Assembly (NCBI GenBank): GCA_903856025.1
Contig: CAIOAQ010000368.1
Location: 1-40,847, forward strand
Length of the DNA: 40,847 nt
Reading direction: 5' to 3'
Origin: an uncultured beta proteobacterium
GTDB lineage: Bacteria; Pseudomonadota; Gammaproteobacteria; Burkholderiales; Burkholderiaceae_C
In this document: positions 9,722-19,249 of the stretch, one piece after another
Layout: every line of letters begins with the position of its first letter
Position numbering within the stretch: the first letter of the stretch is position 1
Made by a program: the position numbers and the translations under genes
The notes under the pieces: model-generated
The model's input: only the letters and a program-made list of their open reading frames with translations
Databases searched by the model: none
Told to the model about the DNA's origin: nothing

Positions 9722-10294
9722 ACTCTTTCCTTCATTGTGAGAACTGTCAGGGATGCGAGCCTGACTGCGTTCATAAAGGAGCAGTCATACCGCGTTTCAC
9801 AACCAGCACCGGTACCTTGGAAGACGTGAAACACCAGGTTTCAACGGCCCATCAACCAGCGGTTTGTTGTGTTCCTGTTTGTCGCAGGTGGGGTGTGCGG
9901 AGTCCGTTCGTCACAGTACGCAGGAAGACACAATTGATGTAACGAGATGCGTCAGATGTAGCTTGCCGCGCAGTTCACATACCGCCTGGCAGGGGGGCGG
10001 TGGCAATGGTGTGTTCCCGTTGGACCCGCCGCCATAGGCATGGTGGGAGATGATTAGACGCCGTTGTCTACCTGGTTGCACGTCGCAAAATAACCACGCA
10101 AGAAAGAAGTGGTGGTCTTGGCAAGACGGAGTCCGCTGGTTTTTAGGTTGAATAAATAGCCCTTGAACCAACGCCTTTTCTTGCCCCTATTTCTGAATAT
10201 CAACTTGCAGAAGTGGCTATGATGAACCCCACGGTTTAAATAGGCGGCACAGTCCACTGCAACGAGTTGAGCCCATTACAAAAGGAGATTCATC

Positions 10295-12217
10295 ATGGAT
10301 GTCTTCGCGCGTTATCAAGGTCGGTTCGAGGCCGCCAAGCAGGAAGAGATGTCGATTCAGGACTACCTGGATCTGTGTAAGCGTGACACCACCGCATACG
10401 CCACGGTGGCCGAGCGAATGCTGCGCGCCATTGGCGAGCCCGAGGTGGTCGATACCCGCACCGACCCCAGGTTGTCGCGTATTTTTGCCAACAAGATGAT
10501 CCGGAGGTACCCGGCGTTCCGCGACCTGTATGGCATGGAAGAAGTGATTGAGCAAATCGTTTCCTACTTCCGCCATGCCGCGCAAGGGCTGGAAGAAAAG
10601 AAACAGATCTTGTACCTGCTCGGCCCGGTCGGCGGCGGCAAGTCGTCACTGGCGGAAAAGCTCAAGGCCCTGATTGAAGTGGTGCCGATCTATGCCATCA
10701 AGGGGTCGCCCGTACACGAGTCACCCCTGGGCCTGTTTGATCTAACGGAAGATGCGCAATTGCTCGAGGATGACTATGGCATCCCGCGGCGCTATCTGGG
10801 TACGATCATGAGCCCGTGGGCTGTGAAGCGCCTGAATGAATTCGGTGGCGACATCACGCGTTTCCGGGTGGTCAAGTTGCACCCATCGGTGCTGTCGCAG
10901 GTCGCTGTTTCGAAAACTGAACCGGGTGATGAGAACAACCAGGATATTTCTTCCCTGGTGGGCAAGATTGACATTCGCAAGCTTGAAACCTACTCCCAGA
11001 GTGACCCCGACGCGTATTCCTTCTCGGGTGGCCTGTGTCTGGCCAATCGCGGCGTGCTTGAGTTTGTCGAAATGTTCAAGGCCCCCATCAAGGTGCTACA
11101 CCCCTTGCTCACCGCCACGCAGGAAGGCAATTACAAGGGGACCGAAGGTTTTGGTGCCATTCCATTCGATGGTTTGGTGCTGGCCCACTCGAATGAGGCC
11201 GAATGGTTGACGTTCAAGAACAACCGCAATAACGAGGCTTTCCTGGACCGCATCTACATCGTGAAGGTGCCCTACTCGCTGCGTGTCTCCGATGAGATCC
11301 ACATCTACGAAAAACTGTTGTTGAACTCGTCACTGGTTAAGGCACCGTGCGCGCCAGACACATTGACGATGCTGGCTCAGTTCTCGGTGCTGTCGCGACT
11401 GAAAGAGCCGGAAAATTCCAGCATTTTTTCCAAGATGCGGGTCTATGACGGCGAAAACTTGAAGGATACCGACCCGAAGGCCAAGAGTCATCAGGAATAC
11501 CGTGATTTTGCCGGTGTGGATGAAGGCATGACCGGATTGTCGACGCGCTTTGCGTTCAAGATTCTCTCGCGTGTGTTCAATTTCGATCATCGCGAGGTCT
11601 CTGCCAACCCGGTGCACCTGATGTATGTGCTAGAGCAGCAGATTGAACAAGAACAATTTCCGGCCGAAGTGGCCGAGCGGTACACCCGATTTCTCAAGGA
11701 ATACCTGTCGCCACGCTATGCAGAATTCATCGGTAAGGAAATCCAGACCGCTTATCTGGAGAGCTACTCAGAGTATGGCCAAAATATCTTTGATCGCTAC
11801 GTGACCTACGCCGATTTCTGGATTCAGGACCAGGAATACCGCGATACCAACACTGGTGAAATTCTGGACCGTGGTGCCCTGAACGGCGAGTTGGAAAAGA
11901 TCGAGAAGCCGGCCGGCATCTCCAATCCGAAGGATTTTCGCAACGAGGTGGTCAACTTTGTGCTGCGCGCCCGAGCCAAACACGAAGGACAGAATCCGCC
12001 CTGGACCTCGTACGAGAAATTGCGTGCCGTCATCGAAAAGAAAATGTTCTCCAATACGGAGGAGCTGCTGCCCGTGATTTCTTTCAACGCCAAGGCCAGC
12101 GGCGACGAGCAGAAGAAGCACAAGGATTTCGTGGAGCGCATGATCAGCAAGGGCTATACCGAGAAGCAGGTCCGCTTGCTGTGCGAATGGTATCTTCGCG
12201 TGCGCAAATCGTCCTGA
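10295..12217 (+). CDS. prkA: PrkA-family serine kinase / AAA+ protein (YeaG)
   Basis: 640 aa; LLGPVGGGKSS Walker A, KTEPGDENNQDIS, EFVEMFKAPIKVLHPLL, C-terminal EWYLRVRKSS; RBS AAGGAG. Confidence 0.96.
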   Translation: MDVFARYQGRFEAAKQEEMSIQDYLDLCKRDTTAYATVAERMLRAIGEPEVVDTRTDPRLSRIFANKMIRRYPAFRDLYGMEEVIEQIVSYFRHAAQGLEEKKQILYLLGPVGGGKSSLAEKLKALIEVVPIYAIKGSPVHESPLGLFDLTEDAQLLEDDYGIPRRYLGTIMSPWAVKRLNEFGGDITRFRVVKLHPSVLSQVAVSKTEPGDENNQDISSLVGKIDIRKLETYSQSDPDAYSFSGGLCLANRGVLEFVEMFKAPIKVLHPLLTATQEGNYKGTEGFGAIPFDGLVLAHSNEAEWLTFKNNRNNEAFLDRIYIVKVPYSLRVSDEIHIYEKLLLNSSLVKAPCAPDTLTMLAQFSVLSRLKEPENSSIFSKMRVYDGENLKDTDPKAKSHQEYRDFAGVDEGMTGLSTRFAFKILSRVFNFDHREVSANPVHLMYVLEQQIEQEQFPAEVAERYTRFLKEYLSPRYAEFIGKEIQTAYLESYSEYGQNIFDRYVTYADFWIQDQEYRDTNTGEILDRGALNGELEKIEKPAGISNPKDFRNEVVNFVLRARAKHEGQNPPWTSYEKLRAVIEKKMFSNTEELLPVISFNAKASGDEQKKHKDFVERMISKGYTEKQVRLLCEWYLRVRKSS

Positions 12218-12264
12218 TTGCGGTGCCCGCGGGGTGCAGCAAATAATCTGAACGGGGATAAACC

Positions 12265-13533
12265 ATGCCGGTGCATATCGTCGATCGACGCTTCGATAGC
12301 AAGCACAAGAGCTCGGTGAACCGAGGGCGCTTCATCGAACGCTTCAAGGGCCAAATTCGCAAGGCGGTGGCCGACGCGATCAACAAGCGAGGCATCCGCG
12401 ATATCGACAATGGCGAGAAGATCGGCATCTCCGGCAAGGACATCGAGGAGCCGCAGTTTACCCATGGCCACGGTGGCGTTTGGGAAACGGTGCGACCCGG
12501 TAATGACCGATTCAGCAGTGGGGAGCAAGTGGATCGTCCCGAAGGGGGTGGTGGTGGCAGTGGTCGTGGTCAGGCCAGCAAGGATGGTGAGAGCCTGGAT
12601 GAATTTTTGTTCACGCTGACCAAAGACGAGTTTCTGGACATTTTCTTTGATGAGCTGGCTCTGCCGCATCTGGTCAAGCAGCATCTGGCGCAGATTGAGC
12701 AATATCGTCGCGTTCGTGCGGGTTATACGCAAAGTGGGGTGCCCACCAATATCAACCTTGCGCGCACCATGCGCGGTGCCGCCGGGCGACGCATCGCCGT
12801 TGGCGGACCGTACACCGCGCAATTGCGCGCCCTGCTTGCACAGCTTGACGAACTCAAAGACAAACTCGCCGATGATGACCCTGAAATCGAACGTCTGCGC
12901 CAGGAGATTGCGCGCGTGCGTGCCAAGATGGATCGCGTGCCGTTTGTCGACTCCTTTGACCTGCGTTATAACAACCGCATTAACGTTCCAAAACCGAGCA
13001 CACAGGCGGTCATGTTCTGCCTGCTCGACGTTTCTGGCTCGATGGACGAGGAGCGCAAGAACATTGCCAAGCGCTTCTTCATGTTGCTGTACCTGTTTCT
13101 CAAGCGCAATTACGAACATATCGAGGTCGTGTTCATTCGTCATCACACGGTAGCAACCGAGGTCGATGAAGACGATTTTTTCACTTCGCGTGAATCGGGT
13201 GGCACGGTCGTCTCCAGTGCACTGGACTTGATGTACCAAATCATCAACGCGCGGTTCCCCAGCAACCAATGGAACATCTACGGTGCGCAGGCATCTGACG
13301 GCGATAACTGGAACGATGATTCTGCGAAATGTCACGACTTGTTGGAGCAGTCCCTTCTGCCACTGACGCAATATTTCGCGTACATCGAAATCACGGACGG
13401 CCCACCCCAGAACCTGTGGGAGGAATACGCCAAACTGGAGAGCGCTCACACGGACCACTTCGCCATGCGGCGCATTGCCACTGCGGCCGATATCTACCCC
13501 GTGTTCCGCGATCTGTTCAAGCAAAAGGTGTGA
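12265..13533 (+). CDS. yeaH: YeaH/YhbH family (DUF444) vWA-like protein
   Basis: IVDRR..KSSVNR.RF, MFCLLDVSGSM, ESGGTVVSSAL, AQASDGDNW; follows prkA. Confidence 0.95.
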   Translation: MPVHIVDRRFDSKHKSSVNRGRFIERFKGQIRKAVADAINKRGIRDIDNGEKIGISGKDIEEPQFTHGHGGVWETVRPGNDRFSSGEQVDRPEGGGGGSGRGQASKDGESLDEFLFTLTKDEFLDIFFDELALPHLVKQHLAQIEQYRRVRAGYTQSGVPTNINLARTMRGAAGRRIAVGGPYTAQLRALLAQLDELKDKLADDDPEIERLRQEIARVRAKMDRVPFVDSFDLRYNNRINVPKPSTQAVMFCLLDVSGSMDEERKNIAKRFFMLLYLFLKRNYEHIEVVFIRHHTVATEVDEDDFFTSRESGGTVVSSALDLMYQIINARFPSNQWNIYGAQASDGDNWNDDSAKCHDLLEQSLLPLTQYFAYIEITDGPPQNLWEEYAKLESAHTDHFAMRRIATAADIYPVFRDLFKQKV

Positions 13534-13541
13534 GGCACGCG

Positions 13542-15065
13542 ATGGCACCAAAAACTAGCCCCGCATTGCCCGTTGGATCTGAATGGACCTTTGCGGCGCT
13601 GGAGCAATACGACGAGGCGATTGGTCGCATCGCAGCCGATTACCAGCTCGATTGCTATCCCCACATTCTGGAGGTCATTAGCGCAGAGCAGATGATGGAC
13701 GCTTACGCCTCCGTCGGCATGCCGGTGTACTACCACCATTGGTCCTATGGCAAGCATTTCCTGGCCACCGAAAACCGCTACAAACGCGGCCAAATGGGTC
13801 TGGCTTACGAAATCGTCATCAATTCTGACCCCTGCATCGCCTACCTGATGGAGGAAAACACCTTGCCCATGCAAGGTTTGGTGATCGCCCATGCCGCTTA
13901 TGGCCACAACTCATTCTTCAAAGGCAACCATCTGTTCAAACAGTGGACCAGCGCGGATGCGATTGTTGATTACCTGGTTTTTGCCAAGAGCTTTATCGCT
14001 GAATGCGAAGAACGGCATGGCGTCGGCGAGGTCGAGAAGTTACTCGATGCCTGCCACGCTCTGCAAAATCTGGGTGTCGACCGATTCAAGCGTTCGCCAC
14101 CACTCTCCTTGACCAAGGAAACACTCAGGCAAAAGGAGCGTTCAGACTATCTCCAAGCCCAGGTCAATGATTTGTGGCGTACCCTGCCTTCGAATTTGGC
14201 AACCTTCCGAGCCGAACAGGAGGCCCGTTTTCCGGTCGAACCCGAAGAAAACCTGCTCTATTTCATCGAAAAAAACGCTCCTTTGCTGGAGTCCTGGCAG
14301 AGGGAGATTATTCGCATCGTGCGCAAGATTGGGCAGTACTTTTACCCGCAACGTCAAACTCAGGTCATGAACGAAGGCTGGGCCACATTCTGGCATTACA
14401 CGCTGCTCAACACGCTCTACGACCAGGGTGGCCTGTCTGATGGCTTCATGCTGGAATTCTTGCAATCGCACACCAACGTGATCTATCAACCACCCTATAA
14501 CAGTCCACATTACTCTGGCATCAACCCCTACGCATTGGGCTTCGCCATGTGGCGCGACATTCGCCGCATCTGTGAGAGCCCCAGCGCCGAAGATTGGGAG
14601 TGGTTTCCCGATATTGCCGGCTCCAACTGGCGTGAGACCTTTGAATTCGCAATGCAAAATTTCAAGGACGAGAGTTTCATCGCCCAATATCTCTCACCCC
14701 AGTTGATGCGTGAGTTTCGCCTTTTTTCCGTACTAGATGACGATGCCCGCTCCAAGCTACAAATTCAGGCCATTCACGACGAACGCGGCTATCGGGCGCT
14801 GCGCCATCAGTTATCCGAGCAGTACAACCTGAGCAGCGTGGAGCCCAACATCCAAATATGGAATGTCGATTTGCGCGGTGACCGCTCACTGACCCTGCGC
14901 CACTTTTCACAGCAACGTCGGCCGCTGCACGAGGCGACCAAAGCAGTGATGGAGCACGTGGCCTATCTGTGGGGATTTACGGTCCGGCTTGAGGAACAAG
15001 ACAGCGACGGAAAAATCAAAATGGTTTCCGAGTGCTTCCGCGAAAAACGTGCTGGCCACCCCTGA
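13542..15065 (+). CDS. spoVR: SpoVR family protein (YcgB)
   Basis: YHHWSYGK, GLAYEIVINSDPCIAYLMEEN, YFYPQRQTQVMNEGWATFWHY. Start set at ATG 13542, just after the yeaH stop. Confidence 0.95.
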   Translation: MAPKTSPALPVGSEWTFAALEQYDEAIGRIAADYQLDCYPHILEVISAEQMMDAYASVGMPVYYHHWSYGKHFLATENRYKRGQMGLAYEIVINSDPCIAYLMEENTLPMQGLVIAHAAYGHNSFFKGNHLFKQWTSADAIVDYLVFAKSFIAECEERHGVGEVEKLLDACHALQNLGVDRFKRSPPLSLTKETLRQKERSDYLQAQVNDLWRTLPSNLATFRAEQEARFPVEPEENLLYFIEKNAPLLESWQREIIRIVRKIGQYFYPQRQTQVMNEGWATFWHYTLLNTLYDQGGLSDGFMLEFLQSHTNVIYQPPYNSPHYSGINPYALGFAMWRDIRRICESPSAEDWEWFPDIAGSNWRETFEFAMQNFKDESFIAQYLSPQLMREFRLFSVLDDDARSKLQIQAIHDERGYRALRHQLSEQYNLSSVEPNIQIWNVDLRGDRSLTLRHFSQQRRPLHEATKAVMEHVAYLWGFTVRLEEQDSDGKIKMVSECFREKRAGHP

Positions 15066-15116
15066 ACGCCCAGGGATACAGCCCTATTTTTCCTGAACTT
15101 CGGCGGCGTCGCTGCT

Positions 15117-15881
15117 TCAAACGAACATCCCACCCGACACTTCAATGCGCTGTGCGTTGATCCAGCGGTTGTCAGTTGAGACCAACGATGCCACCATGGC
15201 ACCGATGTCATCGGCTTCGCCCACGCGGCCCAATGCGGTTTGCGATGCGACAAATGCATTGAGTTGCGGGGTGTCACGCACGGCGCCACTTCCAAAATCG
15301 GTCGCAATAGCACCTGGTGCCACCGTGTTGACGGCAATACCCCGGGCCCCGAGTTCCTTGGCCATGTAACGGGTCATCACTTCCACTGCACCCTTCATGG
15401 AAGCGTAAGCAGCGTAGCCCGGCAAGGCAAAGCGCGTCAGTCCGGACGACAGGTTGACGATGCGTCCACCGTCCGCCATCACGGGAAGCAGTTTTTGTGT
15501 CAGAAAGAAGACGCCTTTGAAGTGCACATTGACCAGTTCATCGAACTGGGCCTCGGAGGTGTCGATCAGGCTTGCATGCGTGCCGGTGCCAGCGTTGTTG
15601 ATCAGCACATTGAATGTGGTACGGCTCCATTGCGCCAGAAGCGCATCGCGGACCTGGGTAGCAAAGCCGGAAAAACTGCCGCTGTCGGAGACATTGAGGG
15701 CCAGTGCCACCGCTTTTTGGCCCATGGCCTCGATTTGTGCGACGACCTCGGCTGCTTCTGCCTGCTTGCTGCGGTAGGTCAGGATGACGCCATGGCCGTG
15801 CCTCGCCAGGTGGAGCGCGGTACTTTTGCCCAGCCCACGGCTGCCGCCGGTGACCAAAGCGATGGAAGGTGATGTTTGCAT
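15117..15881 (-). CDS. Short-chain dehydrogenase/reductase
   Basis: TGGSRGLG, NNAG, YASMK, VAPGAIATDF; ATG 15881 with AAAGGAAA RBS. Confidence 0.93.
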   Translation of the reverse strand: MQTSPSIALVTGGSRGLGKSTALHLARHGHGVILTYRSKQAEAAEVVAQIEAMGQKAVALALNVSDSGSFSGFATQVRDALLAQWSRTTFNVLINNAGTGTHASLIDTSEAQFDELVNVHFKGVFFLTQKLLPVMADGGRIVNLSSGLTRFALPGYAAYASMKGAVEVMTRYMAKELGARGIAVNTVAPGAIATDFGSGAVRDTPQLNAFVASQTALGRVGEADDIGAMVASLVSTDNRWINAQRIEVSGGMFV

Positions 15882-15987
15882 GGGGAGTTTCCTTTGTGGT
15901 TGATCGGTTGAAGGGCGGAAGTTTATTGATCGATTTGAATAAGATAAATATGCCACTTATGATTTGTTTGTTATCTAAAATTGAACA

Positions 15988-16908
15988 ATGAGTTTTCTAG
16001 ATCAGATGTTCATCTTCTCGCGGGTGGCCGAGTTATCGAGCTTCACCCAGGCGGCAGACAGCCTCGGGTTGCCCAAAGCCAGCGTATCGACAGCTGTACA
16101 GCAATTGGAAAACCGGCTTGGCGCGCGTTTGTTGCATCGGACCACGCGCAAAGTCGTGTTGACGCATGATGGCCAATCGTTTTACGAGCGGTGCAAGGAT
16201 GCCTTGGCGGACATGGACGAGCTGCAAACCATGTTTCAACTGCAAAGCGCCAACGCTTTAAAGGGCCGCATCCGGCTGGACATGTCGACCGTGATGGCGC
16301 GCCAAGCCGTGTTGCCACGCCTGCCCGGCTTGCTTAAACAGCACCCACAACTGCAAATTGAAATCAGCAGCACCGAACGGCGGGTTGATCTGGTACGGGA
16401 GGGATTCGACTGCGTCGTTCGCGCCGGAAAAGTGACTGACCCCGGATTGATTGCACGGCCCATAGGTGATTTGCGCATGGTCAATTGCGTGAGTCCCGGC
16501 TACATTGAGCGCTTCGGTGTTCCGCATGCCTTACAAGACCTGGCAAAACACACACTCGTGCACTACGCCGCTACCCTGGGTGCCAAACCGACCGGGTTTG
16601 ACTACGTCGATGGGGGTGAAGAAAGGGCGCTTTCCATGCCGGGTCAGGTCACAGTGAACAACGCCGAGGCCTATCAGGCTGCGTGCCTGGCGGGCTTGGG
16701 GATGATCCAAGCGCCTTTTGTGGGAGTCCGGGAGCTTATCGCCCAAGGCCAACTGGTGCAAGTGCTGACGCACTGGTCGGCAACTCCCATGCCCTTGTCG
16801 CTGGTGTACGCCCATCGCCGAAACCTGTCGACCCGAGTTCGTGTGGTCATGGATTGGCTGCACGGCGTATTGGTGGCCTACCTTGATGAATCGGGCGTTG
16901 GGAAGTGA
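15988..16908 (+). CDS. LysR-family regulator (CrgA-like), divergent from the SDR
   Basis: SFTQAADSLGLPKASVS..LENRLGARLLHRTTRKV; DLVREGFDCVVR. Confidence 0.93.
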   Translation: MSFLDQMFIFSRVAELSSFTQAADSLGLPKASVSTAVQQLENRLGARLLHRTTRKVVLTHDGQSFYERCKDALADMDELQTMFQLQSANALKGRIRLDMSTVMARQAVLPRLPGLLKQHPQLQIEISSTERRVDLVREGFDCVVRAGKVTDPGLIARPIGDLRMVNCVSPGYIERFGVPHALQDLAKHTLVHYAATLGAKPTGFDYVDGGEERALSMPGQVTVNNAEAYQAACLAGLGMIQAPFVGVRELIAQGQLVQVLTHWSATPMPLSLVYAHRRNLSTRVRVVMDWLHGVLVAYLDESGVGK

Positions 16909-17066
16909 GCGCTGCCCCTGTCACCATGGGACGCACCAGGCCTGCCACGTTGGCAGCGCACGGTTGATTTCTATCTGGAAAACGGATTTACCCTCATTGG
17001 CCCACGGATGGTGCGCAACACCAAGACATGGCGGAGCAGTCCATCGGTCATTTAAAAATATTTTTT

Positions 17067-17128
17067 TGCTTCAAATAACATAGCTTCTCACTCAAGTAAA
17101 TCGAGGGCTATAAGCCTTTTTTATTCAA
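17067..17128 (+). repeat. Dispersed fixed-spacing element, copy 2 (right arm overlaps the 3' end of the DUF779 gene)
   Basis: TGCT tcaaataac ATAGC ttctcactcaagtaaa TCGAGGGCTA taagcctttttt. Confidence 0.85.
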
Positions 17129-17476
17129 TTCTGCCAGCTCCTGCGTCGTGAACACCCGCGACCGGGTATGAAACGCCTTGCCCTCGGACCCCTCCAGTGA
17201 AAACGTGCCGCCATAACCATCGATCACGTCGATGATGAGCTGGGTGTGTTTCCAGGTTTCGTACTGTGCGCGGCCGATGTAGAACGGGCAGCCGCCGATG
17301 TCGCCCAGGTACACGTCACCGGGGCCGATGGTGATCTCGCCGGGCAGCAGACAGTTGGCGGCGCTGTTGTCGCAGCAGCCGCCAGACTGGTGGAACATCA
17401 GCTGCGGACCGTGTTTGGCCTGCAGCTGCGCCACCAGCTCCAAAGCCGCCGCAGTGGCGACGACTCTGTCCACCAT
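17108..17476 (-). CDS. DUF779 family protein
   Basis: MFHQSGGCCD, GCPFYI, WKHTQLIIDV, FSLEG..G..FHTRSR; TGATG-coupled to the upstream aldehyde dehydrogenase. Confidence 0.9.
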   Translation of the reverse strand: MVDRVVATAAALELVAQLQAKHGPQLMFHQSGGCCDNSAANCLLPGEITIGPGDVYLGDIGGCPFYIGRAQYETWKHTQLIIDVIDGYGGTFSLEGSEGKAFHTRSRVFTTQELAELNKKGL

Positions 17477-18996
17477 CAGAAGAAGCCCAGCTTCTGCTCG
17501 CTGTAGCTCACCAGCAGGTTTTTGGTTTGTTGGTAGTGGTCAAGCATCACCTTGTGGGTTTCGCGGCCGATGCCGGACTCTTTGTAGCCACCAAACGCGG
17601 CGTGTGCTGGGTAGGCGTGGTAGCAGTTGGTCCAGACGCGCCCAGCCTTGATGGCGCGGCCCATGCGGTAGGCCACGTTGCCGTTGCGGCTCCATACACC
17701 AGCACCCAGGCCGTAGAGCGTGTCGTTGGCAATTTCAAGCGATTCAGCTTCATCCTTGAAGGTGGTCACGGCCAGCACCGGGCCAAAGATTTCTTCCTGG
17801 AAGATGCGCATTTTGTTGTGGCCCTTGAACAGCGTGGGCTGCACGTAGTAGCCGCCTGCCAGATCACCGCTTAGATGGGTTTGCTCACCACCAATCAGCA
17901 CCTGCGCGCCTTCTTGTTTACCAATGTCCAGGTAAGACAAGATTTTGGTAAGTTGCTCTTTGGATGCCTGCGCACCGATCATGGTGCTGGAGTCCAGCGG
18001 GTTGCCCTGAATGATGGCGGCCACGCGTTTGAGCACACGTTCCATGAACTTGTCGTAAATGCTTTCCTGGATCAGCGCGCGGCTGGGGCAGGTGCAGACC
18101 TCTCCCTGGTTGAAGGCAAACAGCACCAAGCCTTCGATGGCTTTGTCCAGGAAGCCGTCGTCCTTGTCCATCACGTCGGCAAAGAAAATGTTGGGGCTCT
18201 TGCCGCCCAACTCCAGCGTGGCCGGGATCAGGTTGTTGGCCGCAGCCTGTGCAATCACGCGGCCGGTGGTGGTGGAGCCGGTGAAGGCGATCTTGGCAAT
18301 GCGTTTGCTTTGCGCCAACGGCATACCCGCTTCGCGGCCAAAGCCGTTGACGATGTTGAGCACGCCAGGGGGCAGCAGGTCGGCAATCAGCTCGGCCAGG
18401 ATCAGAATGCTGATGGGGGTGGATTCAGCGGGTTTTAGTACCACGCAGTTGCCCGCACCAATGGCCGGGGCCAGTTTCCAGGCAGCCATCAGGATCGGGA
18501 AGTTCCACGGAATGATCTGACCCACCACCCCCAGCGGTTCCTGAATGTGGTACGCCACGGTGTGTTCGTCGATGTTGCTCAAGGCCCCTTCCTGGGCACG
18601 CACACAGCCTGCAAAGTAGCGGAAGTGGTCGACGGTGAGGGGAATGTCGGCCGCCATGGTTTCTCGGATGGGTTTGCCGTTGTCCACGGTTTCGGCGTAG
18701 GCCAGTAGCTCCAGGTTGGCTTCGAGACGGTCGGCAATTTTGAGCAGCACATTGGCGCGGGTGGCCGCATCGGTTTTGCCCCAAGCATCGGCGGCAGAGT
18801 GGGCAGCATCCAGCGCCAGGTCAATGTCTTCGGCAGTGGAGCGGGCAGCTTGGGTGTAGGACTTTCCGGTGGTGGGGGTCAGCACATCAAAGTACTGGCC
18901 TTTGACCGGGGCCACAAATTTGCCACCAATGAAGTTGTCGTATTTGGTTTTGTAGGCGATTTTTGCACCGGCTTGGCCGGGAGCTGCGTAGATCAT
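17476..18996 (-). CDS. aldB: NAD-dependent aldehyde dehydrogenase (AldB/ExaC/AcoD type, 506 aa)
   Basis: [41 protein letters not shown]-terminal KLGFF; ATG 18996 with AGGAG RBS. Confidence 0.92.
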   Translation of the reverse strand: MIYAAPGQAGAKIAYKTKYDNFIGGKFVAPVKGQYFDVLTPTTGKSYTQAARSTAEDIDLALDAAHSAADAWGKTDAATRANVLLKIADRLEANLELLAYAETVDNGKPIRETMAADIPLTVDHFRYFAGCVRAQEGALSNIDEHTVAYHIQEPLGVVGQIIPWNFPILMAAWKLAPAIGAGNCVVLKPAESTPISILILAELIADLLPPGVLNIVNGFGREAGMPLAQSKRIAKIAFTGSTTTGRVIAQAAANNLIPATLELGGKSPNIFFADVMDKDDGFLDKAIEGLVLFAFNQGEVCTCPSRALIQESIYDKFMERVLKRVAAIIQGNPLDSSTMIGAQASKEQLTKILSYLDIGKQEGAQVLIGGEQTHLSGDLAGGYYVQPTLFKGHNKMRIFQEEIFGPVLAVTTFKDEAESLEIANDTLYGLGAGVWSRNGNVAYRMGRAIKAGRVWTNCYHAYPAHAAFGGYKESGIGRETHKVMLDHYQQTKNLLVSYSEQKLGFF

Positions 18997-19057
18997 TGTG
19001 TCTCCTGATTTTTTGCAATGAATGGATGAATATTTCCCTTGCGGGCAATAGGTACAG

Positions 19058-19073
19058 TCAAGATGCGTGCCAA
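19058..19073 (-). promoter_or_regulatory. Probable sigma54 (-24/-12) promoter of the aldehyde dehydrogenase operon
   Basis: Minus strand TTGGCACGCATCTTGA: strong -24 box, -12 reads TTGA instead of TTGC; divergent sigma54 activator adjacent. Confidence 0.55.
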
Positions 19074-19168
19074 CACCGCCGATGTGGTGGATGGTGTTGA
19101 TTTCCAACAACTTTATGAGTTGAAGCCGTGCGCCAAGTCAGGCACAACCTGTACGCTTGTGCAACACA

Positions 19169-19185
19169 TGTCAAATTGTGAGACA
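19169..19185. promoter_or_regulatory. Putative upstream activator site for the AcoR-like regulator
   Basis: TGTCaaATTgTGAGACA imperfect dyad about 100 bp upstream of the sigma54 promoter; similar to 36117-36133. Confidence 0.55.
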
Positions 19186-19249
19186 GTCAGTGAACAGGTT
19201 CTCTATGCACGTCATTTCATATCGCCAGAGCATGCGTTGCTGACTACCA

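Noticed and set aside
10140-10203. AT-rich patch with TCAAGGGCTA on the minus strand upstream of prkA
   Set aside because: Arm spacing does not fit N9/N16; more likely ordinary promoter DNA.
12154-13551. 465-aa antisense ORF over yeaH (likewise 25371-26462, 26981-28435, 32599-33915, 34910-35998, 36929-37927, 1682-2581)
   Set aside because: These are shadow ORFs opposite well-supported genes, expected from GC-rich codon bias, with no recognisable motifs.
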